Positions 1-7,952 of a stretch of DNA of 21,101 nt are shown one piece after another. The stretch lies in the NCBI GenBank assembly GCA_049975265.1, contig JBNGDF010000002.1, forward strand, positions 109,205-130,305, in the 5' to 3' direction. The notes below the pieces were generated by a model. That model saw only the letters and a program-made list of their open reading frames with translations. It searched no databases and was not told the DNA's origin. Position 1 is the first letter of the stretch, and the number at the start of each line of letters is the position of its first letter. Made by a program: the position numbers and the translations under genes. This stretch comes from Fidelibacterota bacterium (GTDB lineage: Bacteria > Fidelibacterota > UBA2242).

Positions 1-24
1 GGGGAGGGATATCGCTCCCTCCCC
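1..24 (+). repeat. GC-rich perfect hairpin upstream of the minor pilin genes
   Basis: GGGGAGGGA (1-9), loop TATCGC, TCCCTCCCC (16-24): a perfect 9-bp stem with no U-tract after it. It may extend beyond the window edge. Confidence 0.75.
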
Positions 25-42
25 ACTGCCCGGACAGGTAAT

Positions 43-492
43 ATGAAATCCAGCATATCTCAGATCATCCATGACGAAAGCGGCGTGACGCTGGTGGAGG
101 TGCTGATCGCTATCGTGATCATGACGATTCTTCTGGTCGGCGGTCTGCAGTTCGTCTCCGTGGGGCGGGAAGCCGTCACCGTGGAGCGCTACCACCGGCT
201 GGCACTGCTGGTCGCCGAGAGTCGGCTGGAAGAAGCCCGGCGCTATGCCTATCATTCCCTCGCCACGAGTCTCTCCGAAACAAACACACCAGTCACATTG
301 GGGAATGTTACCGGCACACGCACAACCGTCGTCGCGGACATCGATGACCCTTTCGACGGCACCGGCGCCGGCGACGCCGACAGCAACAGCGTGGATTATA
401 AAAAAATCACCGTCACAGTGAACTGGGCATCAAAGCACTCGCTTAGTCTCGAAACCTACGTGAGCAGGTATTATTATGCCGTATCTCCCTGA
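43..492 (+). CDS. Prepilin-type N-terminal cleavage/methylation protein (PilV/GspI-like minor pilin)
   Basis: Class III signal peptide ESG|VTLVEVLIAIVIMTILLVG with Glu5. The ALLVAESRLEE helix and C-terminal KKITVTVNW strand are typical of PilV-like minor pilins. Confidence 0.88.
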   Translation: MKSSISQIIHDESGVTLVEVLIAIVIMTILLVGGLQFVSVGREAVTVERYHRLALLVAESRLEEARRYAYHSLATSLSETNTPVTLGNVTGTRTTVVADIDDPFDGTGAGDADSNSVDYKKITVTVNWASKHSLSLETYVSRYYYAVSP

Positions 493-988
493 AGAAGGAA
501 TCGCCATCACCAATGGATTTACGCTGGTGGAGCTGAGCATTACTATCGTCGTTACGTCGATTGTCCTGCTCTCCGCCGCCAGCCTGGTGCTGGTCTCCAA
601 CGAACAGTTCATTCAATCCCAGCGGGAAGTAGAGATGATTCGGGACCATAATCTGATCACCAGTATCCTGTCAAGCCGGATAAAAGAGGGGCTGAGCAGT
701 GATTCCCATATTTATTCGGATGCCACAAAAACAACCCTCAGCACCTCAGGTCCCTGTCTCTGCGTCATGACGGCGGACTCGGCTACGGTCACATTTTACC
801 TGAATACTAACGATTTCGTCATGAGTGATCAAGGTGGACAGACACGGGTTGTGACCGGTTTGGTCACCAATCTGACATTTACGGAGCAGTACTCAGCCGA
901 CTCCAGCAAATTCATTCAGGTCGCCCTCAGCACGACCCGGGACGGGCAGACGCTGAATACCAACCATATCTTTTCATATCGGAATTAA
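476..988 (+). CDS. Prepilin-type N-terminal cleavage/methylation protein (PilW/GspJ-like minor pilin)
   Basis: NG|FTLVELSITIVVTSIVLLSA class III signal peptide; overlaps the previous gene by 17 nt. Confidence 0.87.
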   Translation: MPYLPEEGIAITNGFTLVELSITIVVTSIVLLSAASLVLVSNEQFIQSQREVEMIRDHNLITSILSSRIKEGLSSDSHIYSDATKTTLSTSGPCLCVMTADSATVTFYLNTNDFVMSDQGGQTRVVTGLVTNLTFTEQYSADSSKFIQVALSTTRDGQTLNTNHIFSYRN

Positions 989-991
989 ACA

Positions 992-1765
992 ATGCAGCAG
1001 ATATTGACGATCATCGGACTTTTTTCACTGGGAGCCGTTTTCGGCAGCTTTCTCAACGTTCTGATCTACCGACTCCCGATGAAGCAGTCGATTATAACTC
1101 CCGGCTCTTATTGCCCATCGTGTCGCAAGCCGTTGCGGGCGGTGGATAATATTCCCATTCTCAGTTTCATTCTGCTCGGCGGTCGCTGCCGCTACTGTCG
1201 CTGGGCGATTCCCTATCGTTACATTCTAGTGGAAACCCTCAGCGGACTGCTCTGGGTGGCGCTCTATCATCAATTCGGAATCAGTACTGAATTTGTGCTC
1301 TATACCGTTCTGTTTTCAATTCTGCTCGTCTGTGCCTATACCGACCTGGATCACTATCGCATTTTGAATTCCGTTGTCTTCGCCGGCTTTCTGATTGCCC
1401 TGTTTCTGATCCTTTTACTGAATCTGGACCATCTAAAGAGCTCCGTTGCAGGTATGCTGGTCGGTACACTGTTCATGCTATTCTGGGCAGCGGTAGGCAA
1501 ACTGCTTTTCAACAAAACCGCCCTAGGAATGGGCGATGTAAAATTGACGGCTCTGATCGGACTATTCACCGGTCCCCAGAACATTCTCCTGATCTTGTTT
1601 CTGGCTTTCCTGCTGGCGGCTCTGATCGGCAGCATTCATGCGGCGATCAACCGGCGACTGCGGGATCAGCGTCTGCCCCTGGCGCCCTTCATCGCCGTCG
1701 CCAGTATTATCATTACTCTCTACGGTAATCAGCTGGTTCAAAGATACCTGGAACTTTTATCATGA
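992..1765 (+). CDS. pilD: Prepilin peptidase / N-methyltransferase (A24 family)
   Basis: GSFLNVLIYRLP motif, CPSC and CRYC Zn-binding pairs, catalytic Asp motifs AYTDLDHY and GMGDVKL, multiple hydrophobic helices. Confidence 0.96.
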   Translation: MQQILTIIGLFSLGAVFGSFLNVLIYRLPMKQSIITPGSYCPSCRKPLRAVDNIPILSFILLGGRCRYCRWAIPYRYILVETLSGLLWVALYHQFGISTEFVLYTVLFSILLVCAYTDLDHYRILNSVVFAGFLIALFLILLLNLDHLKSSVAGMLVGTLFMLFWAAVGKLLFNKTALGMGDVKLTALIGLFTGPQNILLILFLAFLLAALIGSIHAAINRRLRDQRLPLAPFIAVASIIITLYGNQLVQRYLELLS

Positions 1766-2721
1766 TAAAAAATCAGTGTCAGTATCTGATCAAATCCGAA
1801 GCCGGCAGCGCTCTTGCATCCGTTTTGATTTTCTTTTTCATCGTCACCATCATCGGCAGCAGTCTGTTGTCCATGGCGACCCAGGAAATCACTTTCAGTC
1901 GACAGAGCATCCAAAAAACACAAGCCCAATATTTCGCCGAAAGCGGTCTCAGTATCGCCATCTGGCGCATGAATCAGGGCGCCGATTATTTAGCCGCTTT
2001 CACCACCAGTTTTGCATCCGTTGCGATAGACACCAATAATTTTATCCTGACCGCCACTGGCACTGCCGGCAGTCAAACCGCCACCATCGCCTGGCAATAT
2101 TTCGAAGATCACCCTTTCAACCATATTCTTACTTATGGTAATTCACTGGACACTACCAATTTTACAATCGCCTCAATGGGAGCCCATGGGATTACTCAAT
2201 TCTCTGAATTACCAAATGTGGATTTAGCCTATTATTACAGCATTGCGAATTATCACTATACCGGCGATCAAAAATTCAATTCCGTGTTGTCCCCTGGAAT
2301 TCACTACGTCGCCGGTCATATTGACGCGGGTAACGGAACCTACCTGGATGGCACGCTGCTTGCCACCGACGGGATTAAATTCACCGGGCATGTCACCATC
2401 AACGCCCAGATGATCCCGGATACGAATATCTATTATCCGGCGCTGATCGCCACCGATACCACCATTGCTGAAAATGACGAAATTCTGGGTAATCCCAATC
2501 TCAACGTCAATGGCGCTATTTATTCCACCGGTTATGTCAGGTTTATGGGAAAAATGCTGACCGGTCCGATTATCGCACCAAATATAGAACTGAAAGCCGG
2601 AGTCGTCGTCGATGATCTGGGAAATCCTCAGTACTACACCCTGCCACCCGGTTTCGGCACCACGGAGGAAAAAGACTTTGAGAAATTTTTTAAATACGGG
2701 ACCTGGACGAGAGTAAATTGA
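1762..2721 (+). CDS. PilX/GspK-like minor pilin with extended beta-rich C-terminal domain
   Basis: EAG|SALASVLIFFFIVTIIG (no Glu5, as in PilX/GspK) and QAQYFAESGL, typical of the PilX N-terminal domain. ATGA overlap with pilD. Confidence 0.82.
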   Translation: MIKNQCQYLIKSEAGSALASVLIFFFIVTIIGSSLLSMATQEITFSRQSIQKTQAQYFAESGLSIAIWRMNQGADYLAAFTTSFASVAIDTNNFILTATGTAGSQTATIAWQYFEDHPFNHILTYGNSLDTTNFTIASMGAHGITQFSELPNVDLAYYYSIANYHYTGDQKFNSVLSPGIHYVAGHIDAGNGTYLDGTLLATDGIKFTGHVTINAQMIPDTNIYYPALIATDTTIAENDEILGNPNLNVNGAIYSTGYVRFMGKMLTGPIIAPNIELKAGVVVDDLGNPQYYTLPPGFGTTEEKDFEKFFKYGTWTRVN

Positions 2722-2723
2722 CT

Positions 2724-3782
2724 ATGCTCTTCCGCGAAGCATTATCAATCGGTTTGGATATCGGCAACAATGCAATTAAAATTGCCGGCATTCGCAAACA
2801 GCGTATTCCCAAGATAGAATTCCTCCGCCACTTCGATTTTTTTCTATCGAGAAAAGTCAAACATTTTGAAGACCTGACCGATACCATCATTGTTCAGGTA
2901 CTGCGCGACCTGGTGCAGACGATTCCCGGCACCATTCACAGAGTCCACACTACATTATCCACAAATGACACGGCAATCCGGACTCTGGAAATACCGACCA
3001 TCGGACAGGATGAAATCAAACCCGCGCTGCGCTGGAATCTTGCCAGCATGATAACAACTCCCATCGAACATATGGAATACGATTATCACGTGTTGAATCG
3101 TAACAGATCCAATAATATGATGAGTGTGGTTGTCGGCATCGCCTCTCAGGAAAGCCTGAATAAACACATCAGTATGCTCCAACGGGCAAAGTTGGAACCG
3201 ATCAGCGTTGATATTGATTCCCTGGCGGTGTACAATGCCTTTATTGCACTGTACACGTTTGAGGAGGAAAAACCGATCATCCTGCTGAATATCGGTGCGG
3301 AAAAGACCAGTCTGATCATCGCTCACCCGGAGCTGGACCCGCTGATTGCCTCTTACCCCTTTGGCGGCAATCAATTGACGCGGCAGATCGAAGCACATCT
3401 GCATGTCTCGTTCTGTGATGCCGACGAAGAAAAAATCAAACTGGGTACTGAGGTGGAATCCGGCAGCCTGCCCGGCTTCACCGACAAAAAAAACCAGGAA
3501 CTGCTTTTCCAGTTTACCGATTCGCTATATGAAATCGTCAACTACAACAACATCTACTATCAAATCCAGCACGGAGCGGACCCGGCGGGAAAAATTTTTA
3601 TCACCGGCGGCGGCGCCAATCTGCACAAACTGGATTTCCTGCTGGCTCAAAAAACCAGAATCCCCGTGTTCCGCTGGAATCCGCTGGAAAGCGAAAATCT
3701 GAATTTCAATTCCGACGATATGAATGCAAAGACCAGCGGGCTGTTCTACACCACGGCAATCGGATTGGCATTAAGGGAGTAA
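2724..3782 (+). CDS. pilM: Type IV pilus assembly protein PilM (actin-like fold)
   Basis: IGLDIGNNAIK, LLNIGAEKT, PFGGNQLT, ITGGGANL and C-terminal TAIGLALR. ATG at 2724 chosen over the in-frame TTG at 2718. Confidence 0.93.
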   Translation: MLFREALSIGLDIGNNAIKIAGIRKQRIPKIEFLRHFDFFLSRKVKHFEDLTDTIIVQVLRDLVQTIPGTIHRVHTTLSTNDTAIRTLEIPTIGQDEIKPALRWNLASMITTPIEHMEYDYHVLNRNRSNNMMSVVVGIASQESLNKHISMLQRAKLEPISVDIDSLAVYNAFIALYTFEEEKPIILLNIGAEKTSLIIAHPELDPLIASYPFGGNQLTRQIEAHLHVSFCDADEEKIKLGTEVESGSLPGFTDKKNQELLFQFTDSLYEIVNYNNIYYQIQHGADPAGKIFITGGGANLHKLDFLLAQKTRIPVFRWNPLESENLNFNSDDMNAKTSGLFYTTAIGLALRE

Positions 3783-3783
3783 A

Positions 3784-4380
3784 ATGCAAGCCATTACCAT
3801 CAATCTGCTTGGCAATGCGAATCTCCTGAGAAAGCAGAAACGGATCAAGTTTTTCCTGTCATCGGCATACATCTTTCTCTGGCTTTTCTCCGCCTTTACA
3901 CTCTATCATATCTATCGCACAAATCTTTATATTTCATCCATTTATCTGAAAGAAATCCAGAAAATCAAAACAGAAATCAACCGCCAAAGCCCCGTTTTCG
4001 AGCGCATCCGGATTCTGAATCAGCAAAACCGGCAGGTGATCAACCAACAGGAGGAATACCGGCAGACGTTGCACCGTCCTTCGCTCTGGCTTTCGAAAAT
4101 GCTGCTCCTTTCGGAGATCATCCCGGAAGATATCCGCCTGAACAAAATGCAGGTCAAGACCCAAAATATCCAGAAACAGAATAGCGAACTGATCCACATA
4201 AGAGGCGTTGCGGATATCAACTCAAAAAATTCGAGCCACGACCTGTTGAACAATTTCAAACGATCACTGGAGAACAATCCGGAATTCATGCACGGCTTTA
4301 AAAAAATCTCCATTCTGGAGACCAGAATCGAAAGCAATCAGAATCAACCGGTCATGTCTTTTAGTATGGCGATTTATTAA
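3784..4380 (+). CDS. pilN: PilN-like alignment-complex protein
   Basis: N-terminal INLL PilM-binding motif, one TM helix, coiled coil, LSEIIPEDIRL and IRGVA motifs; directly follows pilM. Confidence 0.83.
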   Translation: MQAITINLLGNANLLRKQKRIKFFLSSAYIFLWLFSAFTLYHIYRTNLYISSIYLKEIQKIKTEINRQSPVFERIRILNQQNRQVINQQEEYRQTLHRPSLWLSKMLLLSEIIPEDIRLNKMQVKTQNIQKQNSELIHIRGVADINSKNSSHDLLNNFKRSLENNPEFMHGFKKISILETRIESNQNQPVMSFSMAIY

Positions 4381-4381
4381 C

Positions 4382-4954
4382 ATGGATAACTATTTCAGCA
4401 ACAACACACTCTTTCGTGATATGTTCAAACCGGTCTGGCTGCTGGCTGCCATTTTCCTCTATACGGCGACCATTGTCCTGAGCAACTGCCTTTTCATCAA
4501 GCCGCAGTTGCGGGAGTTTGAAATTCTAAATGAAAAAAAGAACCAAATCGAAGCCGTCTATCATAAAATTGACATCGACGATGTCGAAAAAAAGATCAAT
4601 ATTTTGGAGCAACAGCTCCGGAAGCATGCGGATCAGCAACAGCACTTTAACGCTAAGATAATGAGTCGGCAGGACCTTCCGCTGGTTTTAGGCGAATTGA
4701 ATCGCATTGTGGAAACCGCCGGTTTGACGTTGAACTATATCGATCCTTTGCCGCCATCTTCCAAAATCCTGAAAAAATACCAAAAGCTGCCCATCGCCCT
4801 GAGATTGAACGGCAGCTACGCCGATTTTCTCGAATTTCTGCAAAGACTCGAAGATGCCAGCTATTGGCTGCTGGTAGACAATTACGAGATTACACCGTCC
4901 AAAAATGTCGGTGACCATAGCTTTGCTCTAACCGTTTTTACCATCATCAAGTAA
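4382..4954 (+). CDS. pilO: PilO-like alignment-complex protein
   Basis: One TM helix, coiled coil, DLPLVLGEL..AGL and LPIALRLNGSYADFLEFLQRLE, the characteristic PilO C-terminal pattern. Confidence 0.88.
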   Translation: MDNYFSNNTLFRDMFKPVWLLAAIFLYTATIVLSNCLFIKPQLREFEILNEKKNQIEAVYHKIDIDDVEKKINILEQQLRKHADQQQHFNAKIMSRQDLPLVLGELNRIVETAGLTLNYIDPLPPSSKILKKYQKLPIALRLNGSYADFLEFLQRLEDASYWLLVDNYEITPSKNVGDHSFALTVFTIIK

Positions 4955-4955
4955 T

Positions 4956-5510
4956 GTGAATCGCATCAAACGAAATATCATCATACTGATTGGATTGCTA
5001 CTGCTAATGCTCAGTTTGCTTGCCTTTCAGTTAACCCGTCAGACCAGAGTCGACAATCGGCACGCCATGACGATAAACATGCAAAACCTGGATGAAGAAA
5101 TCAAACTCATAGAACAGGTCAGCCGGGAAGTTTTGACCCACCTTCAGATTGATACCAGTATCGTCGGTAATCCACTTCCTGCACCGGTCAGCGCACTGCC
5201 GCAACGGTTGCGTGATCCCTTCATCTTCCCCTGCGAACTGATTACCGCAAAAAAGCCGGCAGTTTCCAAAAAAACGGTCTCTCCCGTCTCCCCCCGAAAA
5301 AGCAATAAAAAACCGCCGGAACCGAAACAAGAGATCAAATTGTCCGGTATCATCTACGATACATTGAATCCCATGGCGATCATCAACGGAAATATATACC
5401 GGACGTCCGATAAAATAAATGAGTATACCATAACATCGATCAGCCTTCAGGGAGTGCGGCTAGTATCACCCAAAGAGCGCCTCTTCCTGCCTGCTCCGGT
5501 GATTGAATAA
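4956..5510 (+). CDS. PilP/GspC/GspB-like protein, N-terminally membrane anchored
   Basis: GTG start, N-terminal TM helix, LRDPF motif, Pro/Lys-rich linker and C-terminal LSGIIYD..PMAIING beta domain. Lies between pilO and the secretin. Confidence 0.72.
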   Translation: MNRIKRNIIILIGLLLLMLSLLAFQLTRQTRVDNRHAMTINMQNLDEEIKLIEQVSREVLTHLQIDTSIVGNPLPAPVSALPQRLRDPFIFPCELITAKKPAVSKKTVSPVSPRKSNKKPPEPKQEIKLSGIIYDTLNPMAIINGNIYRTSDKINEYTITSISLQGVRLVSPKERLFLPAPVIE

Positions 5511-5524
5511 AAAATGAAGAGAAA

Positions 5525-6904
5525 ATGCCCATGTCAACACGTACCTACCTAATCTTCAGTCTCTCTTTTTTTCTGATTGTATCAATAACTCTCGGACAGA
5601 CAAAATTGCCGTCGGAATCAAAAATTTCCATGAATGTCAAAGACGCTTCTATTTATAACGTACTGAAAATTCTGGAATCGAAAACAGGGCTCAAATTCGT
5701 CGTTGATCCCGCCATTCAGGACCGCCGAATGACGGTGAATTTACAGGATGTCTATCCCGATGAAGCCATCTCGGTCATCATGGAATCCAACGACCTGGGC
5801 TTCCGGCGTGTGGAAGGCGTCGATGTTTATATTGTCAGTGATAAGCACCGCATCATGCGGGAAACAAAAATACAACGCTTCACCTGCCATTTTTCCGACG
5901 CCATGCAGATGCAGAAAATGTTGGCGAATATCCTGACTCCCGGTGTCGGTGCCGTCATTGCCGACGAACGTACCAATACCCTCATTATCCGGGACAATCC
6001 GGAAATACTGGAGCTCCTGGAAGTCTTGCTGGAAGAGCTGGACCAACCGACTCCGCAAATCTACATCGAAGCCGCCATTGCAGAAATTGCCCTGACTAAA
6101 AACAATGAGATGGGGATCGAATGGCTCTGGAAAGACCCCAACCTTGTCAGCACCTCTGATGCCGTCGGTACCCGCTTCGATCTGCGCCGCACCTCCTCTG
6201 CCTCAACCACCGGGGGTACGGGAACCGGCGGTCGGACTCAATACCTCGATGGCGAAGGCAATCTTTGGGGACCCGGTCTGCCCATCGGGCAGGGGCTCGG
6301 CATCGGCATTCTCAACACCCACCTCGACGTGGTCATGCACGCCATTCAGACCAATTACGATCTCAACATTCTCTCGAAACCGTACCTGGTGACTCTGGAT
6401 AATGAGGAAGCAATCATCGAAGTCGGTGACCAGATACCCTACAAAGTTCTGAATCAATACGGTATCACCTCCTATGAGTTCAAATCAGCCTCGGTTAAAC
6501 TCTCCGTCCGACCGCATGTCAACGACGATAATACGATCACCATTAACATCAAACCCAATGCCGACTTCCAGAACGGGCAAACCACAGATGGTATTCCCAT
6601 CATCGCTACCCGCAAAGCCGATACCCGCATCACCGTCCAAAACGGAAAGACCGTCGTCATCGGCGGTCTTATGCGGGAGTCCACTACGGAAACGGTCAGT
6701 AAAGTTCCGCTGCTCGGTTCAATCCCGTTGCTCGGACGTCTGTTTCGCAGCAATATCAAGGCATCTACAAAAACCGAATTGATTGTCTTTTTAACACCGA
6801 AAATCATCACTCCCGATATTACCAATACCGAATTGAAACCAGCGGATCGTCTTTCCGACGATGCCCTGAAAAAACTGGAAAAGTTTGAAACACTAACCCA
6901 GTAA
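5525..6904 (+). CDS. pilQ: Secretin (PilQ/GspD family), short form
   Basis: Signal peptide; STN/N0-like ISMNVKDASIYNVL; N3-like ADERTNTLIIRD..LDQPTPQIYIEAAI; secretin core LSKPYLVTLDNEEAII, VVIGGL, KVPLLGSIPLLGRLFR, TELIVFLTPKII. The symbol rests on the pilMNO context. Confidence 0.93.
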   Translation: MPMSTRTYLIFSLSFFLIVSITLGQTKLPSESKISMNVKDASIYNVLKILESKTGLKFVVDPAIQDRRMTVNLQDVYPDEAISVIMESNDLGFRRVEGVDVYIVSDKHRIMRETKIQRFTCHFSDAMQMQKMLANILTPGVGAVIADERTNTLIIRDNPEILELLEVLLEELDQPTPQIYIEAAIAEIALTKNNEMGIEWLWKDPNLVSTSDAVGTRFDLRRTSSASTTGGTGTGGRTQYLDGEGNLWGPGLPIGQGLGIGILNTHLDVVMHAIQTNYDLNILSKPYLVTLDNEEAIIEVGDQIPYKVLNQYGITSYEFKSASVKLSVRPHVNDDNTITINIKPNADFQNGQTTDGIPIIATRKADTRITVQNGKTVVIGGLMRESTTETVSKVPLLGSIPLLGRLFRSNIKASTKTELIVFLTPKIITPDITNTELKPADRLSDDALKKLEKFETLTQ

Positions 6905-6924
6905 ATGGCTGAAGGAATAAAATA

Positions 6925-7302
6925 ATGGAAGCAAAAAATCAGCTGAAAATCATGGTTATTGACGATGATCCTGAGATTCTCGAATCCTTTAAATCGATTT
7001 TCCACGGCTCCGGCGCCCATCTGTTCCTGTCGGGTAGCGCCGTTTCGGCAATTGAAGAGTTGAAACAACAGAGTTACCATATTGCGTTTATCGATCTCTA
7101 CATGCCGGTTATAAACGGGATCGAAACCCTGACACGGATGAAGGAGATCTGCCCGAATATTGTCGCCATTATGATCTCCGGTTTTCGGAATCCCCAGGTG
7201 CTGGAAGCGGCAAAACGCAGCGGCGCTACGGATTACCTTTTCAAACCGCTGGATATTAATAAAGTGCTTCTGAGTACCGTTGTCCCGTTGAAAGCCAATT
7301 GA
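6925..7302 (+). CDS. Single-domain response regulator (receiver only)
   Basis: VIDDD acidic pocket, phosphoacceptor FIDLYMP, ISG, FKPLD. RBS-like AAGGA upstream. Confidence 0.93.
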   Translation: MEAKNQLKIMVIDDDPEILESFKSIFHGSGAHLFLSGSAVSAIEELKQQSYHIAFIDLYMPVINGIETLTRMKEICPNIVAIMISGFRNPQVLEAAKRSGATDYLFKPLDINKVLLSTVVPLKAN

Positions 7303-7328
7303 GCATTCGCAATAGAGGAGGAATCAAT

Positions 7329-7739
7329 ATGTCGCAACCCCCAACATTAAATATCATGGTAGTAGATGACGATCCCGAAATGCTGATCTCCTTCAAGACT
7401 ATTTTTGAGAACAGCGGCTTCCGTCTGGTAACAGCCGACAGCGGTCCGAAAGCACTTGAAATTGCCTGGAAGCAGGAATTTCATATCGCTTTTATCGATC
7501 TTTTCATGCCTGCAATGGACGGCTTGGAAACTCTGAAACGGCTGAAGGAGCTGAATCCCGATCTGATCGCTGTCATGATTTCCGGTTTTCGTAACGAAGA
7601 TATGCTGGAAAAAGCTCTCCAAATGGGTGCCTACAACTATCTCTACAAACCTCTGGATGTTCAGGATGTCTTCGGGATCACTCTGAAACTGGCACGGCGA
7701 CTCGGCATTGACAACGATCTCGAGTTGCTGCTGAGCTGA
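7329..7739 (+). CDS. Single-domain response regulator (receiver only), paralog of the previous gene
   Basis: VVDDD, FIDLFMP, ISG, YKPLD. ATG at 7329 follows a strong AGAGGAGG RBS and is preferred over the TTG at 7299. Confidence 0.93.
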   Translation: MSQPPTLNIMVVDDDPEMLISFKTIFENSGFRLVTADSGPKALEIAWKQEFHIAFIDLFMPAMDGLETLKRLKELNPDLIAVMISGFRNEDMLEKALQMGAYNYLYKPLDVQDVFGITLKLARRLGIDNDLELLLS

Positions 7740-7952
7740 ATCTTCAATTATCTTCCCCGTCACAAAATTTGCAGTCGGCTGGAACCCGCCGGAATCAATT
7801 CTATCCGCCGAATCACCTTTCCCTCAACATATCTGCCGAAACTGTGATCTTCGCCATCGTTCAATAAAATCCATACCGATCCATATTTAGGATTGAAAAT
7901 CCGCTCAGGGATGGCGAAATTGCAGCTAAATCAGTCATAGAGGAGATCATAT

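Noticed and set aside
7912..7924. TGGCGAAATTGCA as a sigma54 promoter
   Set aside because: The GG-to-GC spacing is 7 nt, not the required 10.
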